A stretch of 38,288 bases of DNA from Bdellovibrionales bacterium (GTDB lineage Bacteria; Bdellovibrionota_G; JALEGL01; JAGRAY01): NCBI GenBank assembly GCA_020434375.1, contig JAGRAY010000001.1, positions 1 to 38,288 of the forward strand. The letters are read 5' to 3'. Below, piece by piece: positions 30,795-37,946 of this stretch. The notes under the pieces are model-generated. The model was not told the DNA's origin. It did not search any database and saw nothing but the letters and a program-made list of their open reading frames with translations. The translations under genes and the position numbers were made by a program. How positions within the stretch are numbered: position 1 is the first letter of the stretch; each line of letters begins with the position of its first letter.

Positions 30795-31895
30795 ATGAAA
30801 TTTAAAGGCGAAATTCATAATTTTTCTGTTTTAGATCTTCTGCACTATCTTAACGCTCATGAAGAAACTGGCATACTAACCATCACATCACCAACTGGTG
30901 AAGTGTCTGAGCTTTACTTTGATAAAGGTCAATGTGTTCGGTCCAAATATGAAGGAATGTCGAATATTGGCGAAATGTTAGTTTCTCAAGGCAAAATCAA
31001 CCAAGCGCAAATTGATATTGCGCTCACCGAGCGACAAAAGCAGAAAATTGCAAAACCGTTCGGTCAGGTTTTACAAGACTGCGGTTTTGTTTCGAAAGAT
31101 GATATTAGACAGGTGATGACCCAGCAAATTGAAGATGGTCTTCATCGTCTCATGAAGCTTAACTCAGGTTTGTTTCGATTTAAACATACCGAAGCTCTTG
31201 GCGTCGATGATATTGGTCTTCAATTTAATGACTTAGTATTGCCAGAAGAGATCAACACAGCTTATGTTTTAGTCGATGCCATTTCTAGATTTGATAAAGA
31301 ACAAGATGACACGGGTGAAGACGAAGAAAACAACGAGCCAATTGATACGTCATCCGATCAAATTCGATTTGCGATTTCATTATTGAAACTCATGATGACT
31401 GACGCACGTAAAATTGAGCAAAGTTCAAATATTCTTAAATTATTTTTAAATGTACTCTCCGAGTACGCACCTAGAGCCGGTTTATTTACCCTTTCCGATG
31501 ACACTTTTATGGGAGTGGGTGGATTTGGTAAAACTCAGGACGGTCAATTACTTAACGACGTTATCCGGAAAATGAAATGTTCGTTACCCGATAATCCAAC
31601 TCTACTGGCGCTTATGGAAAACCGAGAAACGGCATGTGTTGATTCTTTGAACGAACCATGGGTTCAATCAATCCATGAGGCCATTGGTAAACCAATGAAT
31701 TCTCAAATTCTGATTCTACCCATTGGTGGTGTGGAGTCGGTGACAGCTTTTGCGTATGCTGATATGGGCGACCGAGAAGATAAGTTCTTAGACATCGATC
31801 TTCTTGATTTAGCCGCGGCACAAACTGGCGTTTTAGTAGAGAACACTTATATTAGAAAACTCGTCAAAACTCTTCAACGCCGAAGCATTCACTAA
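30795..31895 (+). CDS. DUF4388 (PATAN-like) domain protein with T2SSE_N/MshEN-like repeat
   Basis: ORF 30795..31895 (+), 366 aa. N-terminal GEIHNFSVLDLLHYLNAHEETGILTI is the typical DUF4388 signature. It is followed by EMLVSQGKINQAQIDIAL...FGQVLQDCGFVSKDDIRQVM, which resembles GspE-N-type repeats. Confidence 0.7.
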   Translation: MKFKGEIHNFSVLDLLHYLNAHEETGILTITSPTGEVSELYFDKGQCVRSKYEGMSNIGEMLVSQGKINQAQIDIALTERQKQKIAKPFGQVLQDCGFVSKDDIRQVMTQQIEDGLHRLMKLNSGLFRFKHTEALGVDDIGLQFNDLVLPEEINTAYVLVDAISRFDKEQDDTGEDEENNEPIDTSSDQIRFAISLLKLMMTDARKIEQSSNILKLFLNVLSEYAPRAGLFTLSDDTFMGVGGFGKTQDGQLLNDVIRKMKCSLPDNPTLLALMENRETACVDSLNEPWVQSIHEAIGKPMNSQILILPIGGVESVTAFAYADMGDREDKFLDIDLLDLAAAQTGVLVENTYIRKLVKTLQRRSIH

Positions 31896-31936
31896 ATTCC
31901 TCTACAAAACGTCTCCAATCAACTAAGAGTTTTGGT

Positions 31937-32869
31937 GTGAGCGCATTATTGGGAATGAATATAGCGGTATTGATCTGGGGGTTTACAGGCATTCTGGGGC
32001 GTAGCATTCACGTCAATGAAATCAGCCTTGTATTCTGGCGCCTGTTTATTACCGTTGTTTCACTAGGCTTGGGAGCCAGCTTATTTAAGGCAATGTTACA
32101 ATCACGATACCCCGTACTTTTCAAAACAAGGACGGGAAAGTACCCAATGCCAAAGGTTTTATCAAGGCAAGCGTTAATCTTGATTATTCCAGGTATGACC
32201 TTAGGTATCCATTGGATTTTTTTTTACGGGAGTATCAAGTACGCCAATATTTCAGTGGCTCTTACGTGCCTTGGTTCGGCACCCCTTCTTGCCGCTATTA
32301 TAGAACCGCTATTTTTTAAACGGCGCATAAAAAATTCAGAAATCGTTTTGGGTCTGGTTGTTTTGCTGGGTATCACCATTATCTATTATTCTCATCTTCA
32401 ATTTTCAAAGGGAGTTATTTACGGTGCTTTGGCTTCGGTCCTCACAGTGCTTGTTTCTGTCCTCAATAAAAATATTGTTGCTAAATATTCGCCAGTTCAA
32501 ATGATCGGTGTTCAAATGTCTGGTGCTTTGTTGGCCGTGTGCCTATTTTTTCCTTTATATGCAAGTACGTTTCATACGCCATTTGAGTTTCCATCATTGC
32601 AAGATACTTTTTATCTATTCATTCTTAGCTGGGCTTGCACCATTTTTACGTTCTTTCTGTGGATACTTGCTCTACAAGAGGTCAGCGCGTTTACAACGAA
32701 TATTTTGTTAACACTTGAGCCCGTCTACGGGATTGTCTTAGCATTCATATTTTACAAGGAGCACCTTGAAATGAGACCCCATTTTTACGTAGGATTTTTT
32801 TTCATAGGAGCCGCCGTGCTAATTCACACCCTCGGACCCAAATTGCAAAAAATGAACGAACCCAATTAA
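31937..32869 (+). CDS. EamA/DMT-family transporter
   Basis: ORF 31937..32869 (+), 310 aa, GTG start (alternative ATG at 31955). About ten hydrophobic helices arranged as two EamA-like halves. Confidence 0.75.
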   Translation: MSALLGMNIAVLIWGFTGILGRSIHVNEISLVFWRLFITVVSLGLGASLFKAMLQSRYPVLFKTRTGKYPMPKVLSRQALILIIPGMTLGIHWIFFYGSIKYANISVALTCLGSAPLLAAIIEPLFFKRRIKNSEIVLGLVVLLGITIIYYSHLQFSKGVIYGALASVLTVLVSVLNKNIVAKYSPVQMIGVQMSGALLAVCLFFPLYASTFHTPFEFPSLQDTFYLFILSWACTIFTFFLWILALQEVSAFTTNILLTLEPVYGIVLAFIFYKEHLEMRPHFYVGFFFIGAAVLIHTLGPKLQKMNEPN

Positions 32870-33168
32870 ACTCATTGGCTATATCACTTTCGATAATACG
32901 TCTTTCTAACCATTGTTTTTTAAGTAGAAAATCGGGGCACTGCTATCCTATTTTTGCGGATCATTAGTTCTCTGTGAATCGCGGGATACATTCAGAGATT
33001 CGTCTTAAATTCCAAACCTAAGTGTGAGTGTCCAATGGTGGAAGAGAGGGAATGAAAAGCCCCTCTCGTAACTCGCGGACAACAAAGCCGAATTTAACAA
33101 TAACAACCCGTTAGCGACGAAGCGATTACATTTGAGTACTACCAAGTACCAAGGATTTCACCCGACCT

Positions 33169-33188
33169 GTTCCGCAAAGTTCCGCAAA
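33169..33188. repeat. Tandem 10-bp direct repeat GTTCCGCAAA x2 upstream of the island's first gene
   Basis: Read directly: gttccgcaaa gttccgcaaa at 33169-33188, about 30 nt upstream of a perfect TATAAT (33217-33222) and 42 nt upstream of ATG 33230. Confidence 0.6.
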
Positions 33189-33229
33189 TTAATTAGACCA
33201 AACAATAGATGTAAAATATAATTTTATTA

Positions 33230-33580
33230 ATGAAATTTTCGCCTAAACTTCTTAATCAGACATTTAATTTAAAAATTTACTCGAGACGGTGGGGTCACTT
33301 TGACTCATACACGTGTAAAATTACAAACAGTGGTTGGTATTTTTCGTTTCACGGTATTGGAGGACGATGTAATAAAAAAGGACATCCGTACCTCTTTAAA
33401 AATTTTCGACAAGACCTGATCTGCTATCCAAGTGATTTAAGTTACGTTCTTGAGGATCTATGGGACAAAGTTCATCGAGACAAACTCAATCCAAATCAAA
33501 TTACCCCTAAGCTTAAAAAGATTGCAAAGTGGATCAGCGAAACTGAGAAAAATAGACCCAAATGGAAAATTAAAAACTAA
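33230..33580 (+). CDS. Hypothetical protein (116 aa)
   Basis: ORF 33230..33580 (+). Non-degenerate composition with conserved-looking Trp/Cys/His positions (SRRWGHFDSY, GGRCNKKGHPYLFKNFRQD). No family recognisable by eye. A perfect TATAAT lies 7 nt upstream of the ATG, so the mRNA may be leaderless. Confidence 0.55.
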   Translation: MKFSPKLLNQTFNLKIYSRRWGHFDSYTCKITNSGWYFSFHGIGGRCNKKGHPYLFKNFRQDLICYPSDLSYVLEDLWDKVHRDKLNPNQITPKLKKIAKWISETEKNRPKWKIKN

Positions 33581-33627
33581 GACCTTATATTATCTGATCC
33601 ACGCCGCGTGAATAATCATAAAGATTT

Positions 33628-33649
33628 TTAGAGGCAAATTGGCCTCTAA
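33628..33649. terminator. Hairpin between convergent genes (possible bidirectional terminator)
   Basis: TTAGAGGC-aaattg-GCCTCTAA (8-bp stem, 6-nt loop) at 33628-33649, between the 116-aa gene (+) and the SIR2-like gene (-). A short T run lies on its 5' side and a 5-A run follows the stem (2 of those A are the last stem bases). No classical long U-tail. Confidence 0.35.
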
Positions 33650-33678
33650 ACAACCATTCAGCTTGTACGGCACGAAGG

Positions 33679-34686
33679 TTAGTGATTCAACTTTGCAAGC
33701 CAGGCTGAGTTACTTGACATAAAACACTTATCCAAGTCATTAGGTCCACACATGGCCAAATCATAGATTCTCTCACCCACATAGTTAGCCTCATCTGCGG
33801 TTTTATTAATTACAAACAATTTAAGTTTTCGGCCTAGCTTTCTTGTGAGAAATGAAAACATCACTTTTGCTAATGTATCTGACTCGGGCAAGCTGTACCC
33901 GAATATAACTAAGTTCTCTGCTTGTTGAATTGCCGAAAATGCATCGTGCCAAAAATGAATCATTGATCGCCGATTTCCATAGTCTTTCAAATAATCCGGC
34001 ACAATTACATATGCATCTTCGCTGCTAATTTCCCCCATATTGGATCTACATTCTGGGAAGTAGTTGTCACTAACGACGATTTCTAAATCTTTTGTCGATG
34101 AATCGATCGGAGTTTTATTTATGAAATTCAAAGAACCATGCGGTTTAATTAAGGAAATATTATTTTCTACCTTGGGAAGCCTTTCAGATACTTTGTCGAT
34201 AAGCCATGATGAAGGGTTCCCATCTAGACCGTATCCGCCCTTAGGGGACCAAAGTCCAGCCTTCCACAATAAGCGCTCTACGAATATGTCATAGTTGAAC
34301 GAGATAATAATATCTAAAGGTCTAAATATTCTTTGGATTTCTGAAAGTGCATTATTTTCTATATTTTGAGGTGGGGTGGTTAGTAGATGTTCTCTAGAGA
34401 AAGTACAAAACCGTCTTTTTAAGGTTTCTGACTCAGATGATGTGAGACTTAAAGCTAAGAACGTTAAGCTTTTTTCCAAATCTTCCGATGCAAATCCGAC
34501 TAACTTATTTTCATAGTCCGATTTGTATTTTGCAACAAAAGCTTCAAGCAATGTTTTTGATAGTGGGTATTGGCACTTTGAAAAATGATGAGAAAATCCT
34601 GCGCCTAATACGAACACTCTTCTAGCTTCTGGCTTTTTTCTTAAAAACATATGCCTTAAATATTTAATAGTACAATGGTATACCAT
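33679..34686 (-). CDS. SIR2-like domain protein (SIR2_2 type), short standalone form, predicted NAD+-consuming effector
   Basis: ORF 33679..34911 (-). SIR2_2-type motif series: RVFVLGAGFS (GAGxS), IIISFNYD (catalytic Asn), IKPHGSLN (catalytic His) and LVIFGYSLPESD. The first 75 codons of the track ORF are antisense to a convincing AbrB-fold gene and look like junk. The start is therefore ATG 34686 (M76) or ATG 34650 (M88, with weak AAGG upstream). Confidence 0.8.
   Translation of the reverse strand: MVYHCTIKYLRHMFLRKKPEARRVFVLGAGFSHHFSKCQYPLSKTLLEAFVAKYKSDYENKLVGFASEDLEKSLTFLALSLTSSESETLKRRFCTFSREHLLTTPPQNIENNALSEIQRIFRPLDIIISFNYDIFVERLLWKAGLWSPKGGYGLDGNPSSWLIDKVSERLPKVENNISLIKPHGSLNFINKTPIDSSTKDLEIVVSDNYFPECRSNMGEISSEDAYVIVPDYLKDYGNRRSMIHFWHDAFSAIQQAENLVIFGYSLPESDTLAKVMFSFLTRKLGRKLKLFVINKTADEANYVGERIYDLAMCGPNDLDKCFMSSNSAWLAKLNH
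34656..34686. promoter_or_regulatory. Two perfect 12-bp palindromes in the divergent SIR2 / AbrB control region (candidate operators)
   Basis: TTAAATATTTAA at 34656-34667 and ATGGTATACCAT at 34675-34686 are both perfect palindromes. They lie in the 43 bp or less between the SIR2-like start and the AbrB-like ATG (34694). Confidence 0.35.
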
Positions 34687-34693
34687 CAGTGGA

Positions 34694-34915
34694 ATGATTA
34701 AGAAACTAGTTCCCCACGGTAATGCCTTGGCCTTAATTATTGATAGGCCGATCTTAGAACTTTTGAGAATTGAAGCCCATACTCCGCTTGAAATTGAGAC
34801 CGTGGATGGAAAATCTCTAACAATTCGCCCTGTGCGAAATAGCGTGGCGTTAAAAGCGGCCATGAAAGAAATTAATCGCAAATATCGAAAAACACTTAAA
34901 AATTTGGACAAATGA
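34694..34915 (+). CDS. AbrB/MazE/SpoVT-fold DNA-binding protein (antitoxin-like)
   Basis: ORF 34694..34915 (+), 73 aa. N-terminal swapped-hairpin signature KLVPHGNALALIIDRPILELLRI...LEIETVDGKSLTIRPV, with a C-terminal helix AAMKEINRKYRKTLKNL like the antitoxins that precede Doc/PIN toxins. Confidence 0.8.
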   Translation: MIKKLVPHGNALALIIDRPILELLRIEAHTPLEIETVDGKSLTIRPVRNSVALKAAMKEINRKYRKTLKNLDK

Positions 34916-34934
34916 TAATCTCATCCGCTTTTCA

Positions 34935-36644
34935 GTGAACCCAAATATGCTTCACTTTCGCCAAACCCATGGAATTCGCTTAGGACTTAGTGAACTCGTA
35001 GGTGGTTCGCCCAGGACTATGGCAGATTTAATTGCCGTTTTATCGACGCTCCCGGTCACTCCAACAAGAATAATCCTATCTAAAATACAGATCCTCATGG
35101 CTAATGAGGACTCGAGCGACTTCGAAAACCACATGCGGACTCATTACGTTGGGCCAGCATGCATCGAAGCTCTGAAAAAGTACTCCGCTGTCAAAGGAGC
35201 ACAGGTCAGACTATTTACCAAAATGGCGATTCTTCTAGTCCAGGAAGTTTTTCGTCAACATCATGATATCAAAAAGTCAGGGCCAGCTGAGGTAGAGTAC
35301 GTCATACCTAAAATTTCAGAAGCGATTTTAATCGCGAACGATATATGCAACACAGTTACATCTAAATCTGATAAAAATATGGCTGAGCCTGATAACTATG
35401 CCACCTTTGCCCTACCAGAAATGCTTTTTAACTATTCCGACCAGTTTCGCTATGCCATTGGTCGCTCGTATTTAATTTATGAAGGTTTAAAAGAACGTTG
35501 CCGTACCGAATATCCTGATGATTTTTTCGACGTCGATGCCTTTTTTAAGGAGAAACTTAAAATTGGCTTCGATGATTATTTTTTTGCAATCTTTGCTTTG
35601 TATTCGCAGTGGAGCTTTTCTTTTAAAGACCTAGCTAACCAATCTGGCTTGATTGATCCTACTACTTGGATTGAATCGCCTTTATTAAGGACAAGGATTA
35701 ACAACATCTTGGCTTTATTTGAGGACTCCTGGGAGCAACCTCAAACAATTTCAGATGTAGAGAATCTCGAGATTATTAGGGAAGTTATCTATGAGAATTT
35801 TCATCTTAGAAAATCACCTCTTCTTAAAATTCCTGAAGGCATTCTTTGTGGAAGCTTGCAGCACATCATGAGCAAATGCTGGAATGGTCCATATTATGAA
35901 ATTATTGACCGAGGAAATGAATGTCAAAAAGATCTGTTCTTTCGTTTTCTAGGTAGAACAATAGAAATGTATGTTCAAGGCCTATTAAAAGACGCTTTTA
36001 GACATAAATTTAAGCAAATTACTTCTACATCAGGAAACCCAATTGCTGATGCCGCTGTTTACATTAAGTCTAGTTGGTGCTTGCTATTTGAAGTTAAGGC
36101 TAAACGCCCAACAAGAGAGATGACTTCTAGCGGTGATGCTCCAGCCGAGATGCAGGCGGTTGCCAAAATGGCTTTTGAAGGTCTTCAACAGCTTAATAAT
36201 AGAATTGCCGACTTTCGTGCGACCGGATTTAGGGGAAGAATTACCCCAATTCTAGTAACTGGTGGACTGTTTCCAATTAATAGTTTGCTATGGAAGCACT
36301 ATCTTCACAAAGTCGAGTCTCTTCCAATGATGAGTGACCTAGAGGTTGATTTACCCCAATTTATGAATCTCGAATCTATCGAAATTCTTACGGCACTAAA
36401 ACAGATTTGTGGAATAACCGATCTCTTAAGAGAGAAGCTCACTGATTCCTGGAAGGCTGAATCGTTACAAACTTTCCTTTTTTCTTATTATTTTCCTAAG
36501 TATCAAATCATTGAGCCATTAAATAAAACATGTGAAAGCCTTTATAAAGACCGCATGGCCGCCCTCATAAGGGCGCTTTTCCCCAATAAGGCTAGCGATT
36601 TTCCTGCTGACAATAGATGGCGTCCTGTTTTTAGCCGCACTTAG
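34935..36644 (+). CDS. Large hypothetical protein (569 aa) with C-terminal PD-(D/E)xK nuclease-like motif
   Basis: ORF 34935..36644 (+); GTG at 34935 or ATG at 34947. Starts 20-32 nt after the AbrB-like stop, so it is probably co-transcribed. Motif order helix-E (FLGRTIEMYVQGLL), then D (IADAAVY, D372), then E-x-K (LLFEVKAKR, E386/K388), then a helix with Q (AFEGLQQL), which is the restriction-endonuclease-fold pattern. The N-terminal ~340 aa has no recognisable domain. Confidence 0.75.
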   Translation: MNPNMLHFRQTHGIRLGLSELVGGSPRTMADLIAVLSTLPVTPTRIILSKIQILMANEDSSDFENHMRTHYVGPACIEALKKYSAVKGAQVRLFTKMAILLVQEVFRQHHDIKKSGPAEVEYVIPKISEAILIANDICNTVTSKSDKNMAEPDNYATFALPEMLFNYSDQFRYAIGRSYLIYEGLKERCRTEYPDDFFDVDAFFKEKLKIGFDDYFFAIFALYSQWSFSFKDLANQSGLIDPTTWIESPLLRTRINNILALFEDSWEQPQTISDVENLEIIREVIYENFHLRKSPLLKIPEGILCGSLQHIMSKCWNGPYYEIIDRGNECQKDLFFRFLGRTIEMYVQGLLKDAFRHKFKQITSTSGNPIADAAVYIKSSWCLLFEVKAKRPTREMTSSGDAPAEMQAVAKMAFEGLQQLNNRIADFRATGFRGRITPILVTGGLFPINSLLWKHYLHKVESLPMMSDLEVDLPQFMNLESIEILTALKQICGITDLLREKLTDSWKAESLQTFLFSYYFPKYQIIEPLNKTCESLYKDRMAALIRALFPNKASDFPADNRWRPVFSRT

Positions 36645-36684
36645 ATGGGCTAGTTAATATGGTTAGCGATATTTAATTTTATGA

Positions 36685-37311
36685 ATGAATTTACCATTTT
36701 ATTATAAAAATGGTAAATTCAACATTCACATGCCCATTGACTCAATCCCTAATTCATTAAAAACACAAGGGCTACTAACAGCCCAAAAGCTTCGGAATCG
36801 TCTAGGTGTCTCGCAACCGACACTCTCGAGACTCGTAAAAAGCGGTTCACTTCGTCGATTTAGTCATGGGCTTTATGCTCATCCAGATTGTGCCGTTCCT
36901 CCGGAAGAAATCGATTTTGCAGTGGCCTGTGCGCGATTCGCCCCTACTTCTGCCATTGGTGGGTTGTCCGCCTTGTTTCACTACGGACTACTTGATCAAC
37001 CGCCTCATCAAATATGGGTCGTCATCCTTCCCCAGAAATCGGATCATAACGATTTCTACCGAACGCTCCGGACCAAGACATCTCCGAAGTATGGTATTGA
37101 CGTTTTCAAATTCTATCGAATGACCAATATAGAACGGACGCTTCTTGAAGCGCTGAAGTTTGCTCCTAAAATTGGTCCACGTATTGCTATATCAGCTGCA
37201 AGGATGGCCCTTCAAAAAGGCTTAACCACAGAAAAGAAGCTTGGTGAAATGGCAAAAAAACTAAAATTGAAATCCGTACTTGAAAAATATTGGGAAGCGA
37301 TCGTGATATGA
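36685..37311 (+). CDS. AbiEi-family (type IV TA) antitoxin / transcriptional regulator-like protein, without a cognate AbiEii gene
   Basis: ORF 36685..37311 (+), 208 aa. wHTH signature LTAQKLRNRLGVSQPTLSRLVKSGSLRRFSHGLYAHPD typical of AbiEi N-domains. C-terminal domain with ERTLLEAL. The true start may be ATG 36730 if the inverted repeat is an operator. Confidence 0.75.
   Translation: MNLPFYYKNGKFNIHMPIDSIPNSLKTQGLLTAQKLRNRLGVSQPTLSRLVKSGSLRRFSHGLYAHPDCAVPPEEIDFAVACARFAPTSAIGGLSALFHYGLLDQPPHQIWVVILPQKSDHNDFYRTLRTKTSPKYGIDVFKFYRMTNIERTLLEALKFAPKIGPRIAISAARMALQKGLTTEKKLGEMAKKLKLKSVLEKYWEAIVI
36686..36721. promoter_or_regulatory. Perfect 15-bp inverted repeat at the 5' end of the AbiEi-like gene (candidate operator)
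   Basis: TGAATTTACCATTTT-attata-AAAATGGTAAATTCA read directly at 36686-36721. AT-rich with no following T-tract, so it looks more like an operator than a terminator. Confidence 0.45.
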
Positions 37312-37467
37312 AAAAGACGCTTGCTCATGAGGGCGTAGTCGCACGGGTACAAACTTAGCCATATAAACTTATTAAGTAACATATTGAAATTATGGATAAA
37401 AACCTTAGATTCTATTTCGATTATTTCGACTATTGCGTTTATTTCATATACTCTGTAGTATAGATCT

Positions 37468-37944
37468 ATGCAAGCAATAGACAATTCCATGGTCGTAAAT
37501 ATTCCTAGCAAAGACGAAAGCAAAACGGCGGAAGAAGCTGCGCGTAGCTTGGCTAGGCACCAGCCTACTAAAAAAGAAAAAGTAGTTTCTTTGCAGTTTA
37601 TTAGGGGCGAAAAAAATAAAAGCCCCGAGGAAGTTAAAATACCCTTCGCCGCCTATCAATTGCTAATCAACTTACTTTCTGAAATGGCCCGGGGAAATGC
37701 TGTAACCTTAATGCCGATCCACGCTGAATTGACGACCCAAGAAGCGGCGAATCTGATGAATGTTTCCCGACCTTTTCTGATTCAACTCCTTGAAAAAGGA
37801 GAAGTGCCCTTCCGAAAAGTAGGAAGTCATCGCAGGATTCTTGCAAAGGATCTCTTCGAATACAAAAAAGGTATCGATATAAAGAGAAGTGAAACCTTGG
37901 ATGAACTGACCGCAGATGCTCAAAAACTGGGGCTGGATTATTAA
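37468..37944 (+). CDS. Excisionase-type HTH DNA-binding protein (antitoxin partner of PIN toxin)
   Basis: ORF 37468..37944 (+), 158 aa. ELTTQEAANLMNVSRPFLIQLLEKGEVPFRKVGSHRRILAKDL is the typical HTH_17/excisionase-family motif found upstream of PIN_3 toxins. Its stop lies 2 nt before the PIN start. Confidence 0.8.
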   Translation: MQAIDNSMVVNIPSKDESKTAEEAARSLARHQPTKKEKVVSLQFIRGEKNKSPEEVKIPFAAYQLLINLLSEMARGNAVTLMPIHAELTTQEAANLMNVSRPFLIQLLEKGEVPFRKVGSHRRILAKDLFEYKKGIDIKRSETLDELTADAQKLGLDY

Positions 37945-37946
37945 TC

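Noticed and set aside
34687-34911. N-terminal 75-87 codons of the 410-aa SIR2 ORF in the track
   Set aside because: They are antisense to the AbrB-fold gene, which has a strong family signature. The extension has junk-like composition, and SIR2_2 domains normally start close to the GAGxS motif.
37212-37659. Minus-strand ORFs 37212..37523 and 37444..37659, considered as a possible missing AbiEii or other toxin
   Set aside because: They show no nucleotidyltransferase motifs. Their AT-rich, low-complexity composition overlaps the AbiEi-like 3' end and the HTH antitoxin 5' end in antisense.
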